DNA of 64,000 nucleotides from Pelomyxa schiedti (GCA_020536535.1 JAHLWZ010000275.1:62001-126000), one strand, 5' to 3'; shown: positions 28,520-41,894, counted from the stretch's first letter. The notes: a model not told the origin generated them from the letters alone. Translations and numbers: made by a program.

Positions 28520-28874
28520 CAACCTAGTACCTAGTTGGCCCAAAAAAACCATCAGGTCCAAATTAATAATCCTCCCTGGAAACAGTTGGAAAGCGAAAAG
28601 TGGGAAAAAAAAAAAAAAAACCAAAAACCAAAGCAACAGGCAAAGCAAAGTCGTCCCATGTCGCAGTACTGTGCATGCCCGTTGGAATGCAAAACACCGA
28701 TTCTAGTGCGACCAGGCCAAAACGCCAATGAGGAGGTGGGGGGGGAAAAAAAAAAAAAACCCGTAACCACAACGCAGCAACACCTTGGTTCCTTGTGGAA
28801 CTTGTTGGCGCCATCTTAGCTTTGCTTTTGTTTCGTTCCCACACTAACATGGCGGCCAGGTGGAGAGACACATC

Positions 28875-31800
28875 ATGGCAGAGCACGACGGACCCAGGCA
28901 CGACGAGCCCGGCACGGGGCCCCAGGCGCCAGTGTACCCGCCGCCGCCGAGCCGCTACGCCAGCCATCCCGGCACGACGAACTCCAACGCGTTAACAAGC
29001 GGAAGCGGAGGCGGCGGCGGAAGCCCCAACAACGCCGCCCCGCACACGCCCCCTCGCGAGAGAGGGCTTACGGGTTCCCCGGAACTGCGTTATGGGACGA
29101 GTACGGAAGCTGCTCACCGAGGAAGCCCTTTGTCCCCGACTCTGTCTGTGTCTCCGTCATCGCCCTCTTCTTCCTCTGGATATGGAAACAACGCAATATT
29201 TCCGGAATCTCCTATGTTGAAAGGAAGTGGCGCACTGGTGACTTCCAATATAGGGATGCTGAGTGGTGGTGGTAGTAGTACTGAAAGCACATTGCAGGAC
29301 CCGGGTCGATCCAGCAACACTGCCAGAAGTTTCTACCCAGGCCCTATGACACCGCTTACTGCAGCTTCTCCACCCAATCAAAGTACAAGTCCCAGTATTC
29401 CTGGACAATCTGCAATGCTACCACCGGCGATTCCTTGTGTCAGCAACGTATGCCAACCAGTTCAATCGGGCACAGTTCCCAATCCCAGCTCCCGTTCGAG
29501 TCTTAATACGAAATCTACCAGCAATTCACAAGCTGAAACCAAAGAAATGGAAAACCAGTCTCGTCTGCCAGCAAAACGTACAGATAAACCTGATACTCAG
29601 GTGGAACAACCATTGCCAAAGAGAAGCAATGCAGTATCATACGCTAATTTCCCGTACAAGGCAGCACCATCAGATCGAGCGATAATCATCTGCAAAACTT
29701 GCAATACCAGAGTGAAGGACAAGAAAGAATTTGACAATCACTCTTGCCCACATAAAGTAATTGCCTATATCTGTCCAAATTGTACACCCGAGGCCATATT
29801 TCCATCAACTCAGTGTTATGCTGCTCATGTCAAGAAGCACAAGCAACAAACCCCTTCTGTACCACCAACACTACAACCACAAGCAACAAACCTGGTCACC
29901 AATTTTGCATCCACAGCCTCATCCAATCTATTGCCAGCACTACCACCCGTTCAACAAGCCCCAATAACTTATGCCAAATTTTCAACACCTTCCAAGCCGT
30001 TGTCAACACAATTACCGCCTACACAGAACCATTCTACAGCACCAACAGTTCCTCCACATTCACCACTGTGGACGACAGCACAATTCCCGTGCTTTCATTG
30101 CAATGAGGTGTTCCAGGACCATCGCTCGATTGAGGCACACAAGAGAGAAAGGAATCATGTCTGCGACACAAAGTGGCAGTGCCGCCACTGTGGAATTCTC
30201 TTTGAAGCCCAACAGTCACATGCTGCACACATTGGACAAGTGAAGCAGGTATTCCCCATCCATAATCACAAATTAGGATTGTTCATTAATCGCAACCCAA
30301 AGGAAACTGGACTGAACGAAAAAGACACCGCGATGGTCATCAAACGTATTGAAGACACATTGCAGAAAATCAGTGTGAAGCTTCTCCCACCACTCGAGCT
30401 GATTGACATCAAGCCAGGGGCCCACCACCTTTCGAGGTCTTCAGAGAAAAGAACCATTGCTCTCGCGAACAGTGATATTAACCCTCTGGCAGTGCCTGAA
30501 CTGCAACCATACCAAGTGTTTCCATCACAGGTGAAAGAGGCTCATAAATTCTTTGAGATGATCCAAGGGGTGTGGAAGGACCTTCCAAACTCATGCCACT
30601 GTCTGGACGTGCTGATCCTTGTCCCACCACGAAACACACTGTTCAACCAGACACTCGAGAGAGCGAGGAGCTTTGAGGAACACATCACCAACAGCGAGCA
30701 GTTTCATGGGATGAGGAGGAACCTCCGCATCCGAGTTGTCAAGGGAAACAAGTACAAAGATAGCAAGAATGCCACAAAGGAGTTTTTCGACAAAGCTGAA
30801 AGGTGCAAAGACGATCCCGAATACTTCTTTGTCATCATCCACGACGAGTGCCACTGGGGTGCAAAGTGCGTCAACAAAGGGAAGAAACTTGGTCGGATTG
30901 GATCCATCCTCCGGGATGCCCTTGTGATGCCTGGAAACAACATGTTGACACTCCAGATTTCAGCAACTGCGTGGAACCAGATCGAGCTTCTGAGGCAATC
31001 TTTTGGGTCTGATGAGAAGATTGGAACACTCGAGAAGCACGTGCATGGGTGGACCGAGGTTGGTGGTCCGGGGATGGAATACATTGGTCGCCAGAAGCTG
31101 ATGGACCTTGGATGCATCATGCAAAGCGACTTGATTTGCCCTGGGAAGTGCCAGGAACTTTGCAACGAGCTGTTTCCTGATGACCCGTTCATGTACAACA
31201 AACTTGTTACCTCGAGTGACTGGCCCACCTTTGTGAGCATCATGACGTATGCTGCTGCGTTCATCAAGCGCCATTGTGAAGAGGTTTCTCTCCTCTTTTG
31301 TGAAAAGGTGGTCACTGACTGAATCTCCTCCCCAAAAAACAACACTATACAGTATTCTGAAGTCGTTCCCAGTGAAAGATGGATCCAAATTGTGGACTGT
31401 CCACACACCCTATATGCAGTGAGGCTGATACAACAGGGTCACGTTGTTGCTGTGAGGCTGCCGAGCAACCTGTCACGGTGTTACGGAAAAATCATCTCGC
31501 GGCTCCTGAAAGGGTTGGGAGAAACAAGATTCTTCTGTGTTCATGATGCCATTGACTCTGACCACGATGGCTCCAAAACACTCGTGACTGAGGAATGTGC
31601 GGTCCGTCTCGCGGAGTTGCAGGGAAGGAGAAAGGCCACATTCCGGAATTACCAAGACCTCAATGGGCTTCCTTGCCTGCTCGTTCTCGTTGAGAAGGTA
31701 TTCGTTGTGTGTGCTTTTTGAATGGTTTTGAACGTGACCATTGTGACTTCTTCCTTTCCTTCTTCTTTCTCTCCCTTTTTCACGTCCGTGATTCGTTTCC

Positions 31801-33154
31801 TCCAACAACATTCAGGCACGAATGGGAGACACAATGCCAAGCAACTTCAAACTGTTTGACCTGAGGGCACGTTACCTCACTCCAAAGTTTGTTTTTTCGG
31901 CCTTCTTGCAGGACATTGGACGTGCATTCAAGTGGTGCAAATCCGGCACAACGGCAAACGCCTGCATTCACGTTCTTCTCAATTCAGTGGCATTTCAATA
32001 CGCAAAAGATCCTGTTACCGCATTACAGAATTCAAATGGTCAGTTGGACCCTTGTTTGAGGAAGACTGGTAAAAAATCCTCGTCGGATCAGCCATCTCCT
32101 TTGCCAGACCCGTCTGATCAAGAAGTGGGTGATTTCTCAATTATTTCCTCCAGATTTACATCATTTTAGGAATCACCGGAGTCACTTGCAGTTTTCTTCC
32201 ACCCGAATCTCATTTGGGAGCCGTCGGAGAAGAGTTCTTGGAAATTTCTGGAGGAGAACTTGAGTGACCTGTCAGACAAACTGAAGCAACGGTTTGTGAT
32301 CTCAGCTGAGCCTCAGATCGGCAAGACTGGTGCTTACCTCCACTTCATTGAGCTCCTCGTGAATCACTTTCACCTCCCGCCTGCTAACCCGGAGGAGGAA
32401 AAGTTTTACGAAGTTCTCGAGAGCCTAAAAAACATGGATCCCAGTGAACTCCACTCCAAGTTGCAAGCCGAACCGGAAACACTCCAGAATTGGCAGCTTC
32501 TGCATCGGTATCAAGACCAGCAATTTAGTACCCTGTCTGCAAGGGAAAGAATGTCGGCACCAGAACACCAGAATGTTCCATCAACACGAGCAACCAACTT
32601 CATCAAATTCCTGTGCTTGAATGGTGGCCCTCTGAGCAAATTACCCGTGTGCCTTGTCGCGGACATGGGCTGTGGAACTTGTGCACTCGCAAAGAATTTG
32701 GCATGGCAACCTCAAATACAGGTGTGAGAGAAATGATTACTGCACCACCATTAACTTGGAAAATGAACAGGTTGCGAACTATGACCATTCTATCAAAACA
32801 GACTCAGACAGCAGGTTCACAGTTCAGCAGTGCAACTTCCTCCACACGCCATCCAACGCAGGGGTGTTTGATGTTGTTGTGTTCAGCATGTCACTGAGCT
32901 GGGGCGGCGCCAGGCCAGAGTTCGTTCAAAGCGCCATCGCGGAGGCAAAGAGGATACTCAAGCCGAATGGGTATGTCTTTGTGGCTGACGAGAAGAACAA
33001 CTGGTGCTGGCAACGTGGTGGCGTCTCACAGGCCGTTGTGGACGAATTCACCAAGTCCGGATTCACGCTGCTGGAGGATGGGCACAAACCAAGTCCAAAT
33101 GGAAGATACTTTTACCTTGCTGTGCAACTGAAGTCTGCCTCAGGCAAATGGTGA
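28875..33154 (+). CDS. Paralog 1: zinc fingers + circularly permuted SF2 helicase + Rrp8-like class I SAM methyltransferase
   Basis: Inferred introns: 30249-30302, 31284-31352, 31698-31815, 32125-32169, 32722-32770. Motifs in order: four ZnF-like units, VLILVPPRNTLFNQ, IIHDECH (30843), ISAT, LVLVEKARMGD, QDIGRA (31909), SAEPQIGKT (32308), VADMGCG, FDVVVFSMSL, EAKRILKPNG. Confidence 0.85.
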
Positions 33155-33336
33155 AAGGTTGTGCGCCAACGCACACAAGTCCCACAGTGTCCCGGTGCTC
33201 TGCATCCTAAGTAAGTAAATTTATAACCTTGTTGTCTTTACACCTTTATCAAACCCCACGAAGTCTTCCAAACCGTTGGAGGAAAAAGCAACAACAAAAA
33301 AAAAATCCAAAAGAGGCTCCGGGTTGCGTTTTTTCC

Positions 33337-36300
33337 ATGTCGACGTATGTCCCTTGCCCCATCTGTAACCAAGAGGTTATGGTTCCAGAAGACCATAGCC
33401 GCGACTTAGAAGTAAGCCTCTTTGGGTTTCGCCTTACCCCCCCGATACTACTCACTTCCCCCTCTCCTTTCGTGTCAACCAAACTACCCACAGATCGGCC
33501 GACACATCGACGCGGGGTGCCCTTGTGTCGGTTCACGTTCTCCATGGCCACAGGCACCAGTTCACCAGCCTCCGCCCAGTAGTCACATGAACGTATCATC
33601 AACTGCCGCAGCTCCCCCCACAGCCACAAGCACAAGCGCAAACACAAACGCCAGCAAGGTCGAAGGGGCTCCCGCGCTTCCGGGTACAACTGACTTTAGG
33701 GCTGGTATTCCGCCCGACGACCTCCAGCCATCACCCCCGCGGGGCCTAGATCCCTACGGGGACGATTTGCTGGATGACGAAGTAGAATTCGAAACTGAGA
33801 CCGAGTCCGGGTTCGGCGCTGAGGCGGATTCCAATATAAGTTCCGGCGACTTCGCACACAGCCCGATACATTATCTCCATAGAGATTATGGTGATGCCCC
33901 CGCAGAAACAACCACTGCTACTACTTCTTCTTCTGCTACTTCTACTTCTTCTGCTACTTCTACTTCTTCTACTACTACAGCAACAGGAGCTCCAAGACCA
34001 ATCCCCAATCCTCCAGCGCTTTCGATGCCTGGAAATGGTCAGCCTCAAAATGACGTGCCCACCAACGAAACTGAAATTGAAAGTGAAAGTTCTCTGCCAC
34101 TGAAACGTGTCAACATTTCTCGTGCGGAAAAGGAGGCAGGGGCACCACCGCCAAAGAGAGGTTATGCACCATCTACTAAGGTGAATGCGAAACCAACGCA
34201 GATGGCACCATCTGATAGCAATGATAACATAGGGTCTACGTCTCACACGATGCCAACCAAAACCCGCCGCCCGACCTATAGGAAAAAGCCATTATATACT
34301 CCAATTCCTGCAATTTTTGGTTGTGAGGTTTGCAAAAAACGGATGGATAAGAAGGAATTTCGCGTGCACCCATGTCCAAACAGAACACCCTTCTATATCT
34401 GTCCGACTTGCACACCGGAGTTAACGTTCTCCACGTCTCAAAAATATGCTTCTCATGCCAAGAACCAGCACCATCCCAGACAGGCTGCTTCCCCAGGTCC
34501 ACTCTCACCAATCAACCAGGTCAATGACTCTGTATGCACAACCGCACTGCCCAAGCCCTCGTCAGAATCACCAGCACCAACCAGTAATTCCACATCAGCC
34601 GATACATTGTCAATACTACCGCCACGGGGAGCACCAACCCATAGCTCCGCATTGCCAACCGAACCTCCCAATAGGCTACCGGCACATTTACCGTCACAGC
34701 GAGCTCCACTAGAGCTCACTGTAGATACAACCAAGTGGACAACCGCACAGTTCCCGTGCTCTTGTTGCAAGGAAGTGTTCCAGGAACACCGCTCGATTGA
34801 AGCACACAAGAGAGAAAAGAACCATATCTGCGACACAAAGTGGCAGTGCCGCCACTGTGGAGTCCTCTATGATGTCCAACATGCACATGCGGCGCACATT
34901 GGACAAGTGAAGCAGGTAAAAACCACTCCTTGTTGTTCTTTTCTTTATGAGTTTTTCCAAAATCCTCACGATAAAAAAAAGGAAATTTGGAAGCACGGAC
35001 TAAGTGAAGAAGACACTGAGACTGTAATCAATTGCATTGAGATGAAATTGAATGCCACCTTGCAAGCCATCAGTGGGCAGCTTCTTCCCCAACTCGAGTT
35101 TATCGACATCAAGCCAAAGGCTCACCACGCTTCAAAGGAATCAGAGGACAGAATCGATTCCCTTGCAAACCCACACATTATTTCACCAAATCTGCCGCCA
35201 TATCAAGTGTTTCCATCACAGAAGAGAGAGGCCGACAGTTTCTTCAGGATGATCCAAGGGGTGTGGAAGGACCTTCCAAATTCATGCCACTGTCTGGACG
35301 TGCTGATTCTGGTGCCACCACGAAACACACTGTTCAGCCAGACACTTGAGAGAGTGAGGAGCTTCGAGGAACACATCACCAACAAGTTTCATGGGAGGAG
35401 AAACCTCCGTATCCACGTTGTCAAGGGCAACAATTATCACAAAAGCAAAAAAGCAACAAAAGACTTTTTCGACAAAGCTGAAAGGTGCAAAGACGATCCC
35501 GAATACTTCTTTGTCATCATCCACGACGAGTGCCACTGGGGTGCAAAGTGCAGCAGAACGGGGAAGAAACTGAGCCGAATTGGATCCATCCTCAAGGATG
35601 CCCTTGTGAGGCCTGGAAACAACATGTTGACACTTCAGATTTCAGCAACTGCGTGGAACCAGATCGAACTTCTGAAACGATCTTTTGGGCCTGCCGAGAT
35701 AGGGATGCTGATGGCCCACGTCCGGGGGTGGACTGAGACTGGTCCTGATGACGGCATGGAATACATTGGTCGCCAGAAGCTGATAGCACGTGAGTGCATC
35801 ATGCGAAGCGACCTGATTTGCCCTGAGAAGTGCCAGGAACTATGTAACGAGCTGTTTCCTAACGATTCTTTCATGTGCAACAAACTTGTTACCTCGAGCG
35901 ATTGGCCCACCTTTGTGAGCATCATGACGTATGCTGCTGCGTTCATCAAGCTCCATTATGAACAGGTTGGTGCACTCCTCTCTTTTATTACGCGGACTCA
36001 GCTCTCACCCCATACAGCATCCTGAAGTCGTTCCCAGTGCAAGATGGATCCAAATTGTGGACTGTCCACACACCCTATATGCAGTGAGGCTGATACAACA
36101 GGGTCACGTTGTTGCTGTGAGGCTGCCGAGCAACCTGTCACGGTGTTACGGAAAAATCATCTCGCGGCTCCTGAAAGGGTTGGGAGAAACAAGATTCTTC
36201 TGTGTTCATGATGCCATTGACTCTGCCAACGAGCTTCGCTCCAAAACACTGGTTACTAAAGAATGTTCAGCTCACCTTGCAACTTTGCAAGGAAGAGACA

Positions 36301-37827
36301 AAGCGATATTCAACAATTACCAAGACCTTGATGGTCTTCCTTGTCTGCTCGTTCTTGTTGAGAAGGTATTTTGTGTTTTTTAAAAGGTTTTTATTTGTGT
36401 ACTTCCTTTCCCCAAACCAACAATTCCTTTTCCCCTTCCTCTTTTACTTAACCCTTCAATAATATAACAAATAGGCGCGAATGGGAGACACAATGCCAAG
36501 AAACTTCAAACTGTTTGACTTGAGGGCACGCTACACAACTCTGAGGTTTGTGTTTTCAGCATTCTTGCAGGACATTGGGCGTGCATTCAAGTGGTGCAAG
36601 GTTGGAACACCTGGTCAAGACTGTATCCACGTTCTTCTCAATTCCGAGACATATCACTATGCGGAAAACCCTGTTGAGGCACTCGAGAAATCGAATGGGC
36701 AGCTGGACCGCTGCTTAAGGAAGACTGGCAAAGCAGACACCTCTGATCAAGTACGCGCATTCTTTGACAGTGGTTTGCCTAATTTTTCTCAATTTTAGGT
36801 TCAGGATGCAGACTCACCAGAGTCGCTTGCAGTTTTCTTCCACCCAAATCTCATTTGGGAGCTATCAAAGGAGAGCCCATGGAGATTTATGAAGAGCGTC
36901 ACTGACCTGTCAGACAAACTGAAGCAACGGTTCGTGATCTCAGCTGAGCCTCAGATCGGCAAGACTGGTGCTTACCTCCACTTCATTGAGCTCCTCGTGA
37001 ATCACTTTCACCTTCCGGATTTCGACATGGAAGAGGAACTCTTTTACGATGTTCTCCAGCGCATAACCAACATGGATCCCAGTGAACTCCACTCCAAGTT
37101 GCAAGCCGGAGAACCGGAAACACTCAAGAACTGGAGGTTCCTACTTCACCACCAAGGCATGCAATCCTTGGCAAGTAACGATCCATTGGCACAGATTCCA
37201 GCGGCACGAGCTGACCGCTTCGTCAGATTCCTGTGCCTCGAGGGTGGCCCTCTGAGTTGTTTACCTGTGTGCCTTGTTGCGGACATGGGCTGTGGAACTT
37301 GTGCACTAGCAAAGAGGTTGGAACCCTGGCATCCTCACATTCAGGTTAGTGCCAATGACTTGTTGCCAAAAACCAAGAATTAAACAAATAATTACAGGGC
37401 TTCACAACAATCAACTAACTAACGATGCAATGAATAGGTTATGAACTACGACCACATCGCTGAAACGGAACCCGACATCCGGTTTACAGTGCAGCCGTGT
37501 AATTTCGTAGTCAGCACTCCATGCAACGCAGCGATGTTCGACATCGTTGTGTTCAGCATGTCACTGAGCTGGGGAGAAGCCAGGCCCGAACTTGTTCAAC
37601 ACGCAATCGCGGAGGCAAAGAGGATACTCAAGCCAAATGGATATGTCTTTGTGGCTGACGAGTTGAACAACTGGTGCTGGCAATCTGGTGGTGTCTCACA
37701 GGCCGTTGTGGAACAATTCACTGGGTCCGGATTCACGCTGCTGGAGGATGGGTTCCAAACGAGTGCCAACCGAAAGTACTTTTACCTTGCTGTGCAGCTG
37801 AAGTCTGCCTCAGGCACAAAATGGTGA
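33337..37827 (+). CDS. Paralog 2: UBZ-like finger + zinc fingers + circularly permuted SF2 helicase + SAM methyltransferase
   Basis: Inferred introns: 33412-33493, 34916-34981, 35966-36017, 36366-36474, 36751-36798, 37345-37437. Motif order matches paralog 1 (DECH at 35525, EPQIGKT at 36946). The reading frame is intact. Confidence 0.85.
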
Positions 37828-37936
37828 ACGTGATTCGGAATTTAAATTATTTTTTTCTTTATTGTATTTGTGGACCAATTTAGGCTACCGTACGACAACG
37901 TTCTTTAAGAAATAACAAAAAAAATAGTTTTGCGGG

Positions 37937-40900
37937 ATGTCGGACAACAACCCCCCGGTCGCTTTTACCGAAAACCCGAGGAATACGGTAGTCGCTACTT
38001 GCACAAAAAAAAAAACAACTTCGCAACTCACTCGTATTCCCCACGTATAGAACCCAAACCCCAGCGCCATCGAAACCTCTACGACCACGTCGCCAGCGAC
38101 GTCGACCTCGTCGGCTAGTCCTGCAAGTAGCCCTCCCAGCCAGAACCCAGTCGCCGATCACGTCCAGCAGCCGCGCAATCCCTGCGACAACGACGCTGCT
38201 ATCGCGGCGGCACTGCAGCAGCGGGAGGAAAACGGCGGCCGGGAGCTCCCCCGACTACCGGAAGAAAACCGTGAGCCTCTGTTGCGTGATACTGGTCCAG
38301 TCGCCAAGCACGAGGCGGTGAGTCCACCCAATGCCCCTGACACCATCAATTGTGGAGGCACTGCTAAGCTGGAAGCTGGGTATCACTTACCAGCAAAACG
38401 CAATTATGAATATGGGGATGAACCTCCATCTGCATCGCCTCCAAAGAGACCTACTGCCGTAGCCGCTAGTTTCCCGTACAAGCCAGCACTCCCAGATAGA
38501 GCGATTATCATTTGTAAGACCTGCCAAACCAGAGTGAAGGATAAGAAAGAATTCCTCAGTCACAAGTGCCCAAACAAAGTAATCGCCTATATCTGTCAAA
38601 GGTGCACATCCGAGGCCATATTCTCCACAACTCAGAGTTATGCTGCTCATATAAAGAACACACACCACTTAAGACAACACACCACTTCTGCACAACCACT
38701 AACAACAAACACGACATCTATAATCACACATCCCAATCCATTACCAATACCAACACCTGTGTCACCATATCCAACACAAAACACACCTTCCCATGCACCA
38801 CGAAATACACACACTCTAGCTGTAGATATGACAAAGTGGACGACAGCACAATTCCCGTGCTCTGTTTGCAATGAGGTGTTCCAGGACCATATCTCGATTG
38901 AAGCGCATAAGAGGGAACATAATCACATCTGCGACACAAAGTGGCAGTGCCGCCACTGTGGAGTACGATATGACGTCCAACATGCACATGCGGCACACAT
39001 TGGACAATTGAAAAAGGTAAAAACTGCTTCGTGGCACTCACTGATTAATCACTACCAAAGGAAATTGGTAAAAACAGATTAAATGACCAAGACACCGAAC
39101 GGGTCATCGGACTCATTGAAGAGAAATTGCAGAAAATCAGTGTGCAGCTTCTCCCTTCACTCGAGTTGATTGACATCAAACCCAATGTTCCCCACCCTCA
39201 AAAGTCCTCAGGGGGCACAACCAACTCCCTTGCGGACCCACACTCTAGTTCGCCAGATCCGCATCCAACAGCACCCGAACTCCCACCGTACCAAGTGTTT
39301 CCATCACAGGAGAGAGAGGCCCGCAAGCTTTTCGAGATTATTAAAGGGGAGTGGAACGAACTTCCTAACTCTTACAGAAGCCTGGACGTGCTGATCTTGG
39401 TCCAACTACAACTGTTCGATCAGACACTGAATAGAGTGAGGAGCTTTGAGGAACACATCACCAACAGCGAGCAGTTTCATGGGATGAGGAGGAACCTCCG
39501 CATCCGAGTTGTCAAGGGCAACAATTACAAAGATAGAAAACATGACACAAGGGAGTTTTTTGACAAAGCTGAAAGGTGCAAAGACGACCCTGAACACTTT
39601 TTTGTCATCATCCACGACGAGTGTCACTGGGGAACAAAGTACACCAAAAAAGAGAAACCTGGTAGGCTTGGCTCCATCCTCAAGGATGCCCTTGTGAGGC
39701 CTGGAAACAACATGTTGATACTTCAGATTTCAACAACTGCGTGGAACCAGATCGAACTGCTGAAACGATCTTTTGGGTCTGAGAAAATTGAGGAGAGAGA
39801 GAAGATTGGGAAGCTTGAGAAGCACGTGCATGTGTGGACTGAGACCGGTCCTGATGACGGCATGGAATACATTGGTCGCCAAAAGCTGATGGATAGTAAG
39901 TGCATCACCGAAAGCAACTCGTTTTGCCTTGAGAAGTGCGAGGAACTTTGTAACGAGCTGTTTCCTGATGACCCATTCCTGTTCAACAAACTTGCTGCCT
40001 CGAGTGACTGGCCCACCTTTTTGAGTCTCATGACGTATATTGCTGCGTTCATCAAGCGCCATTGTGAAGAGGTTGATTCCCTTTCCTTTTCTCCCGTTTG
40101 TGCCTCACCTTTAAACAAAACAGTATTCTGAAGTCGTTCCCAGTGAAAGATGGATCCAAATTGTGGACTGTCCACACACCCTTGAAGCAGTGAAGTTGAT
40201 AAAACAGGGTCACATTGTTGCTGTGAGGCTGCCGAGCAACCTGTCACGGTGTTACGGAAAAATCATCTCGCGGCTCCTGAAAGGGTTGGGAGAAACAAGA
40301 TTCTTCTGTGTTCATGATGCCATTGACTCTGACCACGATGGCTCCAAAACACTCGTGACTGAGGAATGTGCTGTCCGTCTCGCGGCGTTGCAGGGAAGGA
40401 GAAAGGCCACATTCCGGAATTACCAAGACCTCAATGGGCTTCCTTGTCTGCTCGTTCTCGTTGAGAAGGTGTGTGCTTTTTGAATGTGGAGGAGTCTTCC
40501 CCCCCCCCCCCCAACCGACTGACTGACAACCAGGCACGAATGGGAGACACAATGCCAATCAACTTCAAACTGTTTGACCTGAGGGCACGTTACCTCACTC
40601 CAAAGTTTGTTTTTTCGGCCTTCTTGCAGGACATTGGACGTGCATTCGAGTGGTGTCAGGCTGAAAAACCTGGAAAACCTACCCAAGACTGTATCCGCGT
40701 TTACGTCAACTCAATGGCATATCAGTATGCAAAAAACCCCGTTGAGACACTTCAGTGTTCCAATGGCCAGTTGGAACCTTGCTTGAAGAAGACCGGCGGC
40801 AAAAAATGTCCATATGAACGAGTGAGTTCTTTGACAATGTGGTTCCCCCCAGACTTACCTCAATTTTAGGTGCCGGACAACGCTTTCCCAGCGTCGCTGG

Positions 40901-41894
40901 AGGTGTTCCTCAACCCGAATCTCATTTGGAAGCCATCGGAAATGGGTTCCTGGAAATTTCTGGAGGAGAACTTGAGTGACCTGTCAGACAAACTGAAGCA
41001 ACGGTTTGTGATCTCAGCTGAGCCTCAGATCGGCAAGACTGGTGCTTACCTCCACTTCATTGAGCTCCTCGTGAATCACTTCGAACTCCCGCCTGCTAAC
41101 CATGAGGAGGAAATGTTTTACTATGTTCTCGGGAGCCTGACAAACATGGATCCCAATGAACTCCACTCCAAGTTGGAACGGGGCGACCCAGAAACACTCC
41201 AGAATTGGAGATTTCTGCTTCAGTGCCAAGACAAACTGTTTGAGGCAACGTCGGAAAGGGAGCGACTGTTGCTGATACCACCTGAAGATCAGACGGTTCC
41301 ATCATCACGAGCAGCCAGCTTCATCTGGGATCTGTGCTTTAAACACGGCCTTCCGCAAGAATCCCTTCTGGACGGCTCCCCCGTGTGTCTTGTTGCGGAC
41401 ATGGGCTGCGGAACTTGTGCACTCGCGAAAAAGTTGAAAGAATACCACCCCCAAATACAGGTGCGCGATCACATAATGTAAGTCCCACCCAACCACTATT
41501 CATCAACAAACAGGTGACCAACTTTGACCACACATACGGGGAAGAGGACAGCTGCTACAAAGTGGTGCCGTGCAACTTCACCAACACTCCAGCCCAAGAG
41601 GGAGTGTTTGATGTTGTTGTGTTCAGCATGTCGCTGAGCTGGGGCGGCGCCAGGCCAGAGTTCGTTCATAAAGCAATCGTGGAGGCAAAGAGGATACTCA
41701 AGCCGAAGGGATACATCTTTGTGGCTGACGAGTTGAACAACTGGTGTTGGCTGGGTGGCGTTGACCCGGTGCCGCGTGCGCTCATGGTAGAATTCGCAAA
41801 CCAGGCAATCTCGCGGATTGGGAATGATGGGAGCTTGTTCATCAAAGAGAGAAGCATCGATAGGAAGTACTTTTACCTGGCAATGCACACGTGA
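37937..41894 (+). CDS. Paralog 3: MIU/UIM-like motif + zinc fingers + circularly permuted SF2 helicase + SAM methyltransferase
   Basis: Inferred introns: 37988-38050, 39017-39060, 40072-40123, 40469-40533, 40822-40869, 41461-41513. DECH at 39616, EPQIGKT at 41020, VADMGCG. The reading frame is intact. Confidence 0.83.

Noticed and set aside
33906-33980. ACTTCT/TCTGCT microsatellite-like repeat
   Set aside because: It encodes a Thr/Ser low-complexity tract inside paralog 2 and is ordinary coding slippage.
28875-41894. Helicase triplet as a Helitron or other transposon array
   Set aside because: No HUH/Rep or transposase motifs, terminal repeats or target duplications were seen. The helicase is SF2-like rather than PIF1-like, and intron positions are conserved in intact genes.
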